This document shows positions 56,409 through 64,000 of a stretch of 64,000 bases of DNA, piece after piece; the first letter of the stretch is position 1; every line of letters begins with the position of its first letter. Location of the stretch: positions 61,103-125,102 of the IMG/VR virus record IMGVR_UViG_3300025413_001393. The stretch is one strand, 5' to 3'. Made by a program: the position numbers and the translations under genes. Source of the stretch: a virus. Below the pieces are notes generated by a model. The model was not told where the DNA came from and did not search any database. It worked only from the letters and a program-made list of their open reading frames with translations.

Positions 56409-56483
56409 TGGTGCGGTATGAGAGAATCGAACTCTCGTCTCAGCTTTGGAAGAGCCACGTAATGGCCATTATACCAATACCGC
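56409..56483 (-). tRNA. tRNA-Gly(UCC)
   Basis: loop CTTCCAA, CCA. Confidence 0.9.
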
Positions 56484-56487
56484 AAAA

Positions 56488-56562
56488 TGGTCAGGAGGCT
56501 GGGATTTGCACCCAAACCGATTCTTTCACAGAGAATAATGCTACTATTACACCACAACCTGA
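56488..56562 (-). tRNA. tRNA-His(GUG)
   Basis: loop CTGTGAA; U-1:A73 instead of G-1:C73; two acceptor mismatches. Confidence 0.82.
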
Positions 56563-56569
56563 TAAAAAA

Positions 56570-56646
56570 TGGCGGAACCGAAGGGACTTGAACCCTCGAC
56601 CCCCGCAGTGACAGTGCGGTGCTCTAACCAGCTGAGCTACGATTCC
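56570..56646 (-). tRNA. tRNA-Asp(GUC)
   Basis: canonical, loop CTGTCAC, CCA. Confidence 0.95.
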
Positions 56647-56652
56647 GTTTAA

Positions 56653-56725
56653 TAGGACTAGTAGGATTCGAACCTACGACAAACACGTTATCAACATGCC
56701 ACTCTACCAACTGAGTTATAGTCCT
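56653..56725 (-). tRNA. tRNA-Ile(GAU)
   Basis: loop TTGATAA. Confidence 0.92.
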
Positions 56726-56732
56726 GAAAAAA

Positions 56733-56805
56733 TGGCAGGAGAGGGAATCGAACCCTCAATCTTTGCGTTATGAGCGCAACGACTTAACCGTTTGTCCATC
56801 CTGCG
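56733..56805 (-). tRNA. tRNA-Met(CAU) (elongator/initiator/Ile2 unresolved)
   Basis: loop CTCATAA; C1xC72 mismatch but no triple G-C anticodon stem. Confidence 0.85.
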
Positions 56806-56833
56806 TTAAAAATTAATAGCTCTAGTAGTCTAT

Positions 56834-56904
56834 TGGGTTATGGGAGAATTGAACTCCCCTCTAGCGGTTAAAAGCCGCTTGCTTCACCTCAAAGCTTATA
56901 ACCC
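56834..56904 (-). tRNA. tRNA-Lys(UUU)
   Basis: loop CTTTTAA. Confidence 0.9.
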
Positions 56905-56911
56905 TAGAATA

Positions 56912-56993
56912 TGGGCAGAGAAGGACTCGAACCTTCGAACTCCAAGGAGAGGAGATTTACAGTCTCCGGCAATTGCCGCTATGCGATCTACCC
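56912..56993 (-). tRNA. tRNA-Tyr(GUA)
   Basis: class II, loop CTGTAAA. Confidence 0.92.
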
Positions 56994-56997
56994 TAAA

Positions 56998-57072
56998 TGG
57001 CACGCCGGGTAGGAGTCGAACCTACGTAAGGCAGTTTTGGAGACTGCTGCACAGCCACTGTACCACCGACGT
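56998..57072 (-). tRNA. tRNA-Trp(CCA), copy 2
   Basis: loop CTCCAAA, G73, CCA; unrelated in sequence to copy 1. Confidence 0.9.
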
Positions 57073-57081
57073 ATAAAAAAA

Positions 57082-57155
57082 TGGAGCCCAGTAAGAGAAT
57101 CGAACTCTTGTTTGATGATTACAAATCAACCGTTTTACCATTAAACTAACCGGGC
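57082..57155 (-). tRNA. tRNA-Thr(UGU)
   Basis: loop TTTGTAA, CCA. Confidence 0.9.
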
Positions 57156-57222
57156 ATAATATTTGACAATTGTTTTGCGTACTGCGGTCGGTCAAATACA
57201 ACCGCAGTTACAACCAGCTAAA

Positions 57223-57235
57223 ATTTTCAAAGATC
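57223..57235 (-). promoter_or_regulatory. boxA-like element before tRNA cluster
   Basis: TGATCTTTGAAAA, followed by hairpin ACTGCGGT/ACCGCAGT (57180-57207). Confidence 0.65.
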
Positions 57236-57312
57236 AAACATTGACTCTTGGACAATGTCGTTAATATATTTAAGACTATAAAGGCACTTCGTCGACACGA
57301 CAACGATATATT

Positions 57313-57855
57313 TTAAGAATAAACTCTTTCGTGCAAAACACCAATATACGGAAGATCTCTATATTTGCCTTCGTAGTCCAATCCATATCCGACGACAAAC
57401 TTGTCAGGTATGTCCAAACAGACAAAATCAGCTTGAAAATTGTTTATTCTTTTGTCTGTCTGTTTGTCAAGAAGTACGCATGTAGCAACAGACAAAGCTT
57501 CAGAAGATTCAATAATCTCTTTGACTGTACTCAAAGTCAAGCCTGTGTCCAAAATATCATCAACAATTAAAACGTGTTTGTTCTTAAAAATTGAAGGATC
57601 AAAATGTTCATCGAGAGAAACTACTCCTGTTGATTGAGTTCCTTTGTAACTTTTTGCTCTAACAAACTCAACATAAACTCCATGTTGCAATGCTCTAACA
57701 AGATCAGCTACAAAAACAAAACTACCATCCAGTAATGCTAATATATGTAAATTTTGTTTATCGTTATATTCTTGATCAATACGAGCAGCCAATTCTTCAA
57801 TTTTAGCATTGATATCTTTTGAAATGCATAAAACTTCTTTGATGTCATTAAACAT
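57313..57855 (-). CDS. hpt: hypoxanthine-guanine phosphoribosyltransferase
   Basis: LDGSFVFVADL, VLIVDDILDTGLTL, FVVGYGLDY..KYRDLP. Confidence 0.92.
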   Translation of the reverse strand: MFNDIKEVLCISKDINAKIEELAARIDQEYNDKQNLHILALLDGSFVFVADLVRALQHGVYVEFVRAKSYKGTQSTGVVSLDEHFDPSIFKNKHVLIVDDILDTGLTLSTVKEIIESSEALSVATCVLLDKQTDKRINNFQADFVCLDIPDKFVVGYGLDYEGKYRDLPYIGVLHERVYS

Positions 57856-57890
57856 GGCTGTTAATCTTATTGAAACAATTTACAAATGTT

Positions 57891-58709
57891 TTATTTAGTA
57901 TAACCGAAACCTTGTTGATACCAAGCAAAGTTACTATCAATCCAATCGCAAACTTGCTTACCAAGAATTTGATTATAATCAGGTGTAAGAGGCTGAACGG
58001 ACTTACGAATTGTGTGAAGATCGGATGTTAGACCGTAAACAGAATCATCTTCCTTAATAGTTTGCTCGACGTTTTGAAAGTCATGCTTGTATGGATTAAG
58101 ATTTAGATACTCGTATACTTTATTCATCTCTCTGTCTGGATATGATGTAAGATCTTCAGCTCTAATATAAAGAACTTCTTTATTAATACCTTCGAGAAAA
58201 GTCTGCTGCAACCTTTCAAGAGCTAACCCTACCGGAGGCCCTGCAACCCAGGCATCAATTCTCTTAGCTGTACTTGTACCTTTCATCTCAGCATGATTTT
58301 GAATATCTTGATGATGTTCTTGATTCTTTCTATAAATCTTTTCCATAGATGAAAAGACGCTCTTTAAATTTCTCACCACACAAATCATCTTAGGTTTTTC
58401 ACCCATAAACGTTTCAAACCATTTATAGTGGATAGTACCACCTCGAGTCTTGATGCAAAGATTTGACTTATCAGTATACTCTGCAGCATAACCTAGTAAG
58501 CCACCCTTACAGAATCCACGCCAGGTCTTTAGAGCTAGGTTAGAATCCATTGCTTTTACTTCAGGTGTGTTTGTAAAGTTCATTCGAGCACCATAAAGAT
58601 ACTCAAGAACTGGGTCAGTAGGTGTAGCGCAAATTTCAGGATTCTGATTGAGAATGCACTGCATAAGAGTGCTCATACTACGAGGCATTGAGGAGTTAAA
58701 GAATATCAT
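57891..58709 (-). CDS. sulfotransferase (PAPS-dependent, P-loop-like fold)
   Basis: SSMPRSMST 5'-PSB loop, VVRN..S.FSS 3'-PB motif, IRAEDL...P...M..VYEYL. Confidence 0.82.
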   Translation of the reverse strand: MIFFNSSMPRSMSTLMQCILNQNPEICATPTDPVLEYLYGARMNFTNTPEVKAMDSNLALKTWRGFCKGGLLGYAAEYTDKSNLCIKTRGGTIHYKWFETFMGEKPKMICVVRNLKSVFSSMEKIYRKNQEHHQDIQNHAEMKGTSTAKRIDAWVAGPPVGLALERLQQTFLEGINKEVLYIRAEDLTSYPDREMNKVYEYLNLNPYKHDFQNVEQTIKEDDSVYGLTSDLHTIRKSVQPLTPDYNQILGKQVCDWIDSNFAWYQQGFGYTK

Positions 58710-58712
58710 AAT

Positions 58713-59651
58713 TTAAAAATTAATAACTGGTTGAGGTGCAATTTCAAAAAGGTTTTCTCCACCCTTTGTTCCTAGAATAGATTCAATAAATTGCTCTTTG
58801 TTAAACATAGTGCCGATATTATCATACGGACATTCATGAAATCTACCACCAGTCCAATCGTCTTCTTCGAGATATGAGTCTATTCTATGCCTAAATGATT
58901 CAACGCCAGTTGCTACAATGTTGTCGTGTATTGTATGGCCGAATACAATAGGAGAGTTAGAAATCCAGCCAACTGTTGCTTTCTTGTTAAAAGCTGCAGC
59001 TGCATGCTGAGCAAACGAATCGATAGCAAGAATTTTATCAGACAGAGATATATAACAGAACAAGTTTCTAAAGCTGTCGGATATGTGAATTGTTCCTTCA
59101 ATTGCTGGTTGGTTTTCTCTACGAATATGAAGTACTTTTGAAAACTTATCTTTAACAGAATTAACAACATCTTGAGCAAAAGCTGGAGGAAGATCTCGAG
59201 ACCACGAATAAGGATGTCCTTGTTGTTCAGCTCCACCAGATGATTGTACTATCAAAATTGGACCATCCTTTTGCAATTTGTTTTGAGCAAACAAAAGCTC
59301 TCGCTCTGTTAAGAAGATTTCAGGCTTTGTATCAACACAAGGAATGTTTAGTACATCGCACCAAATTTCTGTGAGAGACTTCTTCTTATAGAGAAGATCT
59401 CCACTGTGATAAGGCTCCATACGAAGAATTACAGAATCCTTCTTGTCAATATAATCATCGTAAAAATAAGGAATGTTACCAAACTTATAAACCCTATGAA
59501 TGTTTGGATTATGAATGAAAACTTCAGGCCATGCACAAACTACTATAAGTTTGTGTTCAGGATAATGAGCTTTGATTGATTTTACAACAGCTGTAGCAGC
59601 AATGTTCTTACCACAGCCACCATCAATATGAAAGATAACAAATTTGTCCAT
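58713..59651 (-). CDS. GT9-like glycosyltransferase
   Basis: GGCGKNIAATAVVKSIK..YP, AIDSF.QH.AAAF.K.A. Confidence 0.7.
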   Translation of the reverse strand: MDKFVIFHIDGGCGKNIAATAVVKSIKAHYPEHKLIVVCAWPEVFIHNPNIHRVYKFGNIPYFYDDYIDKKDSVILRMEPYHSGDLLYKKKSLTEIWCDVLNIPCVDTKPEIFLTERELLFAQNKLQKDGPILIVQSSGGAEQQGHPYSWSRDLPPAFAQDVVNSVKDKFSKVLHIRRENQPAIEGTIHISDSFRNLFCYISLSDKILAIDSFAQHAAAAFNKKATVGWISNSPIVFGHTIHDNIVATGVESFRHRIDSYLEEDDWTGGRFHECPYDNIGTMFNKEQFIESILGTKGGENLFEIAPQPVINF

Positions 59652-59685
59652 TTAGTTATTTTATTATAACAATACAGTTAATCTA

Positions 59686-60033
59686 CTACTTTTTAAATTT
59701 TAAAACGTATTTGATGTCTTCTTCAATCGTTATGTCAGCAGCAGTATAGATTGTCAAAATACCTGTTCCATCATCTTTAATGTTTGTTACACCATAAACG
59801 TAGAAGTCTGGATTAATTTGCAGTTGATTGTGACCAGCTTTTTCAAGCCATCGTCCTGTTAGCTTTTTAGAACGAGTTGTTTTAATTTCAATATAACGAG
59901 TCTCTTTGTCGTTACCAAAACAAACGTCCCAACCACATCCTTTAAACTTTGGTCTAAAGCTACTTCGACCTTGAGAATTTTCGTAAGCTATGACGATGTC
60001 TGTTCCAATTTTTTCTATGTCTAGGTTTGTCAT
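59686..60033 (-). CDS. DUF3883/NOV-C-like PD-(D/E)XK nuclease domain protein
   Basis: E..G..IV.AYE..QG, GWDV, RYIEIKT; start at ATG 60033. Confidence 0.7.
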   Translation of the reverse strand: MTNLDIEKIGTDIVIAYENSQGRSSFRPKFKGCGWDVCFGNDKETRYIEIKTTRSKKLTGRWLEKAGHNQLQINPDFYVYGVTNIKDDGTGILTIYTAADITIEEDIKYVLKFKK

Positions 60034-60310
60034 TTTTATCGTTTTTGTGTTTGTACCAAAAGTGAAGAAGAACGAGAGAAGTAAAGATGCCAGTAGTGTA
60101 GTTAAGGAACCACCAAATTCCAAAAGCCGTGCATGCCATATATATCAAACCGAATGTATATCCCGCTAACCCTAAAAAGATCATAACAGGAGAAATATCT
60201 GTCGATCTTTTAAATTTAATAATTCTTATGATTTGAGGAACGTAACACATCATAAACGATATGGTCATTCCTGCTCCTGCTATTTGTTTGATTATTTCTT
60301 TTGTTATCAT
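59960..60310 (-). CDS. SemiSWEET/PQ-loop membrane transporter
   Basis: three TM helices, YVPQIIRI...RSTDIS PQ-loop. Confidence 0.75.
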   Translation of the reverse strand: MITKEIIKQIAGAGMTISFMMCYVPQIIRIIKFKRSTDISPVMIFLGLAGYTFGLIYMACTAFGIWWFLNYTTGIFTSLVLLHFWYKHKNDKNDKPRHRKNWNRHRHSLRKFSRSK

Positions 60311-60393
60311 ACTTCTGTTTAAAATACGGTTTGTATGGTTTCTCTATCTTTAAAACTTGTCTACGGTAATCTTGATACCATTTCAAATCTTCT

Positions 60394-60687
60394 TTACTTT
60401 CCATAACTTATTACCATCTCATCATCCGAGTTCCAATTTTTAAGAGACTTTATAGAGCGCTGTACAGCAGCTTTTTTAGGTTTATAGTCTTGAATTCTAT
60501 AAGGATTGTTATCAGTATAATGCCACCAGTATTCCTTAAGATGCTCATTAACTTCGCTCATAGAGCTATAGGGGGAACACATAGTATCATACCAAGCTTC
60601 ACCAGACCAGCGTTGCAAAACATACTTTGGAGCAGGCTTTGATTTTGTAGCAACTGGTTTAAATTTATGCATCATGTATGTCCTCAT
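60394..60687 (-). CDS. hypothetical protein
   Basis: 97-aa ORF with early-promoter-like upstream. Confidence 0.5.
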   Translation of the reverse strand: MRTYMMHKFKPVATKSKPAPKYVLQRWSGEAWYDTMCSPYSSMSEVNEHLKEYWWHYTDNNPYRIQDYKPKKAAVQRSIKSLKNWNSDDEMVISYGK

Positions 60688-60725
60688 TGTTTATATCCTA
60701 CAATGGATATGAGGACAGCACAACA

Positions 60726-61100
60726 TTAAACTAACTTAATGCTGTTTGGCTTTGTAGCTCTAATATAGACTTCGCCCCAAACTTCGAGTTCACCCATAAG
60801 AGCTTGGAACTGCTTTTGAGAAAGAGAATCTAAATCTTTAAGCTTCTCGTAAACTTCTTTTGCTTTAGACTTATAGTGCTCTTCTTTGTTTTCTTTGTCT
60901 GACCACTTTTCAGACTCAGCATAAGGCTTTAGTTTAGCTTTATAGTGAATAGCAGTAAGAGTACTATAGCCACCCTTCTTTTCAGTCATTGCTTGAATCT
61001 TTTCAGCTCCAGCTAGACGCTTTGTTAAAAACTCTTCGAACGCTTGTTCAGCTTCTGTTTCGTTACTAATAACTTTTTCAAAAAGACGATCAAAATCCAT
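60726..61100 (-). CDS. hypothetical protein
   Basis: MDFDRLFEKVISNE start. Confidence 0.6.
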   Translation of the reverse strand: MDFDRLFEKVISNETEAEQAFEEFLTKRLAGAEKIQAMTEKKGGYSTLTAIHYKAKLKPYAESEKWSDKENKEEHYKSKAKEVYEKLKDLDSLSQKQFQALMGELEVWGEVYIRATKPNSIKLV

Positions 61101-61130
61101 ATGTGCTAATTATCAAAAATAAGTAGTTAT

Positions 61131-61577
61131 ATGAACAAACCACTCAAAGTTTTTAGTATAAAATTGGCTGACAAAATTGCTGAGTTTATTGGTTCATGGA
61201 CATTCATTATTATACAATCAACTATTCTGACGTTTTGGATAATCTTTAATGTTAATCACCTTTTTAATTTTGATCCATATCCTTTTATTTTGCTAAATCT
61301 GTTTCTGTCGTTTGAAGCAGCTTATGCTACTCCTCTCATTCTTATGTCAGCAAATAGATCTGACGAGAGAGATAGAAAGCACGCTCTTAAAGATCTAAAA
61401 ATTGATCAAGAAGCTCACGACATTATTATCGATGTTAAACGAATTCTGAAAGAGCTACGCAGAGAAATTAAGCTGGATAAAAAGATGTTATCCGAACATC
61501 ACATTCTTAAAACCGACCACGAAGAACTAAAGCAAGAGCTAGCTGAGATTAAAGAGATTTTGAAGACCTTAAGATAA
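61131..61577 (+). CDS. DUF1003-family membrane protein
   Basis: ADKIAEFIGSW.FI, FDPYPFILLNL.LS..AA..TPLILMS.NR...RDR. Confidence 0.88.
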   Translation: MNKPLKVFSIKLADKIAEFIGSWTFIIIQSTILTFWIIFNVNHLFNFDPYPFILLNLFLSFEAAYATPLILMSANRSDERDRKHALKDLKIDQEAHDIIIDVKRILKELRREIKLDKKMLSEHHILKTDHEELKQELAEIKEILKTLR

Positions 61578-62195
61578 AGGTTCAATAATAAATCTATCGA
61601 ATCCGTTTTTCTGTGCTAACTCAAAAGCTGTATTTTTAGCAGCTCCTCCGTAACTACTAAGGCCGCCCCATCTAAACCAAAGAATACCCGTTTCAGGATC
61701 TTCTGCATTTACAATATGTGGCTTTCTCGAAATACCATAGTCTTCGGAGTATTCTACATCAGCAAGTAAGCAATGAGCTATATAAGCTTCAACGGCATTC
61801 GTTGTCTCATCAGAAAAATAGTTAAAACCCATTTCTCGTAACTTATCGTATATTAGTCCAGCATTTACCCCAACAATGTTTGGATAATGATGAGATTGCA
61901 TTAGTTGGTTCTTATTTTGAAAAAGATCTTGAACAACTCGATTAACATCGTTAGATGTAATAGTTTTTTCGTTTTCTGTGGAACCGGATGCCTCACCGTC
62001 AACAACGTTATCCTCATCATTATCATCTACGTCAAGTCCTTCAGTCCAACCTGGAATTCTTTCTGCCGCAAGAGCTTTCTTAAGATCTCCTCCGTGTCTT
62101 TTTAAATTTGCTTCAGAGTATTTGCTGTACAATGAAGACTCTTGAACTTTGTTGTAAGCTTCTGCAATAAGTCTTGCGTCTTTATCAATTTTCAT
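61569..62195 (-). CDS. hypothetical protein (KD..LIAEAY family)
   Basis: TAAATA then MKIDKDARLIAEAY. Confidence 0.65.
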   Translation of the reverse strand: MKIDKDARLIAEAYNKVQESSLYSKYSEANLKRHGGDLKKALAAERIPGWTEGLDVDDNDEDNVVDGEASGSTENEKTITSNDVNRVVQDLFQNKNQLMQSHHYPNIVGVNAGLIYDKLREMGFNYFSDETTNAVEAYIAHCLLADVEYSEDYGISRKPHIVNAEDPETGILWFRWGGLSSYGGAAKNTAFELAQKNGFDRFIIEPLS

Positions 62196-62200
62196 ATAAT

Positions 62201-62503
62201 TTATTTAGCTACTTGTACTGTTGCAATAAAATCTCTTTCACCACATGTAAATTTAACTTTACATTCATCTGGATTGACATTATCTAGATCTACAATATTT
62301 GCTCCACACGTAGGATTGTTGCTAAGCAGTCCTTGCATAACCTTGTCTGCTGCGTCTTTGCATAGTTTGTTGTAATCAGATGTAATCTTTACGAGCTCTT
62401 GTTCATCTCTCTGATCTTTCGCATTAGCTTCTTCATCGTTTTCAATAACAAAAACCTTCTTGTAGGCTTCTGCGATTAATTTAGAATCTTTATCAATCTT
62501 CAT
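62201..62503 (-). CDS. hypothetical protein (KD..LIAEAY family)
   Basis: TAAATA then MKIDKDSKLIAEAY. Confidence 0.65.
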   Translation of the reverse strand: MKIDKDSKLIAEAYKKVFVIENDEEANAKDQRDEQELVKITSDYNKLCKDAADKVMQGLLSNNPTCGANIVDLDNVNPDECKVKFTCGERDFIATVQVAK

Positions 62504-62504
62504 G

Positions 62505-63332
62505 TTATTTACATTTACACTTACTCTTGAGCATGTGGCACTTGCTGCAGACTTTTTTGTTATCTTTTTCTTCTTTGCTAGGAGTGCAGCCTTTGCAACC
62601 ACCACATCTGCAGCCCTTTGTACACCACTTACACTTCTTCTCAGAAGCTTCGGAAATTACTTTGAAGTAAGCTTCGGAAAGAAGACTATTGTCTTTCTTA
62701 TTCTGAGAGAGATAACTTTCCTTAACTTCCGAGCCATCCTTTGTAGGAACATCTCCGCTTTCAACAGCTTTCTTGTTTAGCTCGTCGTTGTCATTAACAA
62801 CTTTATCAAATTCTTTTTGCCATTCAATAGCAGCTTCGGATTTTTTGTCGTAAGGGTTTGGATGAATTAAACCTTGCTTTTTACTTTTTACATAATTGGC
62901 AGCAGCAAGTCCACCAAGAGCAGCATGATCAAGCTTTCCAGCTACTTGTGCATTAGCAACTCTGCCACCATATTCTCTGATTAGTCCATCCGGATCAAAC
63001 GTTGCATGTGAAGCGATAGAATCCTTAGACTCTTTATGTACTTCTTGATGAACATGAACGTTTTCTTCTCCGTCTTTGTCAACAATAATATCACGCTCAG
63101 CTTCGTTATCAGAACCTTTGATCTTGTGTTTGATAACTACTTTATCTCCTTGCATTTCCATGTGATAGTCGTTATTCTTTTCGTGACCCTCTGTTCCAAC
63201 AATATCCTCAACTTTCTTTAATTGTTTAGGATTTTTGCGGATTTCATCCCAGCACTCGTTAAGAGTACTCTTTTTGTTTAAGACTGCATCATAAGCTTCA
63301 GCAATCAGTTCATAGTCTTTCTTTTTGATCAT
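62505..63332 (-). CDS. hypothetical protein (KD..LIAEAY family) with Cys-rich tail
   Basis: TAAATA then MIKKKDYELIAEAY; second LLSEAY; 10 Cys in last 42 aa. Confidence 0.65.
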   Translation of the reverse strand: MIKKKDYELIAEAYDAVLNKKSTLNECWDEIRKNPKQLKKVEDIVGTEGHEKNNDYHMEMQGDKVVIKHKIKGSDNEAERDIIVDKDGEENVHVHQEVHKESKDSIASHATFDPDGLIREYGGRVANAQVAGKLDHAALGGLAAANYVKSKKQGLIHPNPYDKKSEAAIEWQKEFDKVVNDNDELNKKAVESGDVPTKDGSEVKESYLSQNKKDNSLLSEAYFKVISEASEKKCKWCTKGCRCGGCKGCTPSKEEKDNKKVCSKCHMLKSKCKCK

Positions 63333-63340
63333 ATTCTTAT

Positions 63341-63553
63341 TTATCTTATCTCGTTCCAAAAGGTGACCCAAGCATCGTGTTCAGCGTTTGGATCAAAGAT
63401 CATATAAAAGAGATACTCAAGCTTTTCTTCTTTGCTAGAATTAGGTGGAAGTTCATCATCTAAGGCTTCAAAGATGTCTTTCTTTATCTCATAAGAGAGC
63501 TCTGAAAACTCTCCAACAAACTTAACAAAAGGAGTCTTCTCTAGGAGATACAT
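63341..63553 (-). CDS. hypothetical protein
   Basis: ORF, probable start MYLLEK. Confidence 0.5.
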   Translation of the reverse strand: MYLLEKTPFVKFVGEFSELSYEIKKDIFEALDDELPPNSSKEEKLEYLFYMIFDPNAEHDAWVTFWNEIR

Positions 63554-63789
63554 TTCTTTGCTGGTACTAAATGAGCCCAAGAATTATCATCTCTCCAGTC
63601 AGCGAGTATGATCTTTGAAGTAATATGAATATGCTCATGCTTAAGAGTCTTCATAACTCTGTAATCTACGAGAATAGCTTTGTTCTTATTCTTTTGATTG
63701 AAACCTTTCGCATCCCAGTAAAGCTTACTTTCGCTATGCTGCACTAGGTATAATTCAAAGTTTTTAGGATCGTCATCGAACGAAGCCAT
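63541..63789 (-). CDS. hypothetical protein
   Basis: 82 aa; TATAAATA at 63795-63802. Confidence 0.55.
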   Translation of the reverse strand: MASFDDDPKNFELYLVQHSESKLYWDAKGFNQKNKNKAILVDYRVMKTLKHEHIHITSKIILADWRDDNSWAHLVPAKKCIS

Positions 63790-63811
63790 AAGAGTATTTA
63801 TAGTATACTCT

Positions 63812-63994
63812 TTAATTCTTTACAGGCGACAAGTTTTGTTTATGAACTGACACTGGAGTCATGTCGCCAAGTCTTACAACAAAATGATCGTTACGAGTCT
63901 CGTCGGGCTTTTCTAAAGTACCCATCATTCCTCCTGCTATATCACTTGATGCGAAATCTCCTAAGTGCGTATCAAAATACCGAGAAAATCTCAC
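63812..63994 (-). CDS. hypothetical protein (may extend beyond window)
   Basis: ORF at window edge. Confidence 0.4.
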   Translation of the reverse strand: MRFSRYFDTHLGDFASSDIAGGMMGTLEKPDETRNDHFVVRLGDMTPVSVHKQNLSPVKN

Positions 63995-64000
63995 AACACT

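Noticed and set aside
56176-57076. ORFs overlapping the tRNA cluster
   Set aside because: Spurious translations of tRNA genes
49891-57155. Stop-codon reassignment
   Set aside because: No suppressor anticodons (both Trp tRNAs are CCA); core genes are full length in code 11 and end in TAA, TAG or TGA
60216-60404. 62-aa ORF overlapping the SemiSWEET start by 95 nt
   Set aside because: Long overlap and no motif; possibly real in part but not supportable

Overview
64-kb slice of a large T4-like (Tevenvirinae-style core) myophage genome, AT-rich, read in the standard genetic code, almost all genes on the minus strand. Left third (0-32 kb): replication/recombination core (clamp, gp32, gp41 helicase, UvsX, family-B polymerase, gp46/gp47, gp55 late sigma, UvsW, UvsY, primase). 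It is interrupted by a seven-gene glycosyltransferase/methyltransferase cassette between gp47 and gp46 and interspersed with 7-deazaguanine genes (folE2, queE, queD). Middle (32-49 kb): lysis cassette with a u-spanin candidate, adenylylsulfate kinase, phosphoesterases, small accessory genes and free-standing homing endonucleases. Right (49-64 kb): an RNA-rich region with 19 tRNA/tRNA-like genes (several non-canonical), a tmRNA with a 35-codon tag, two unassigned structured ncRNA candidates, three HNH genes, DNA ligase, Hpt, a sulfotransferase, another glycosyltransferase and a family of proteins with T4 capsid-targeting-like N-termini. Best candidates for undescribed biology: a phage-encoded glycosylation+methylation+sulfation pathway, the ~440-nt boxA-led ncRNA, and mobile genes that carry replacement copies of their neighbours' termini. 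All protein calls come from motif recognition by eye; no database searches were run.
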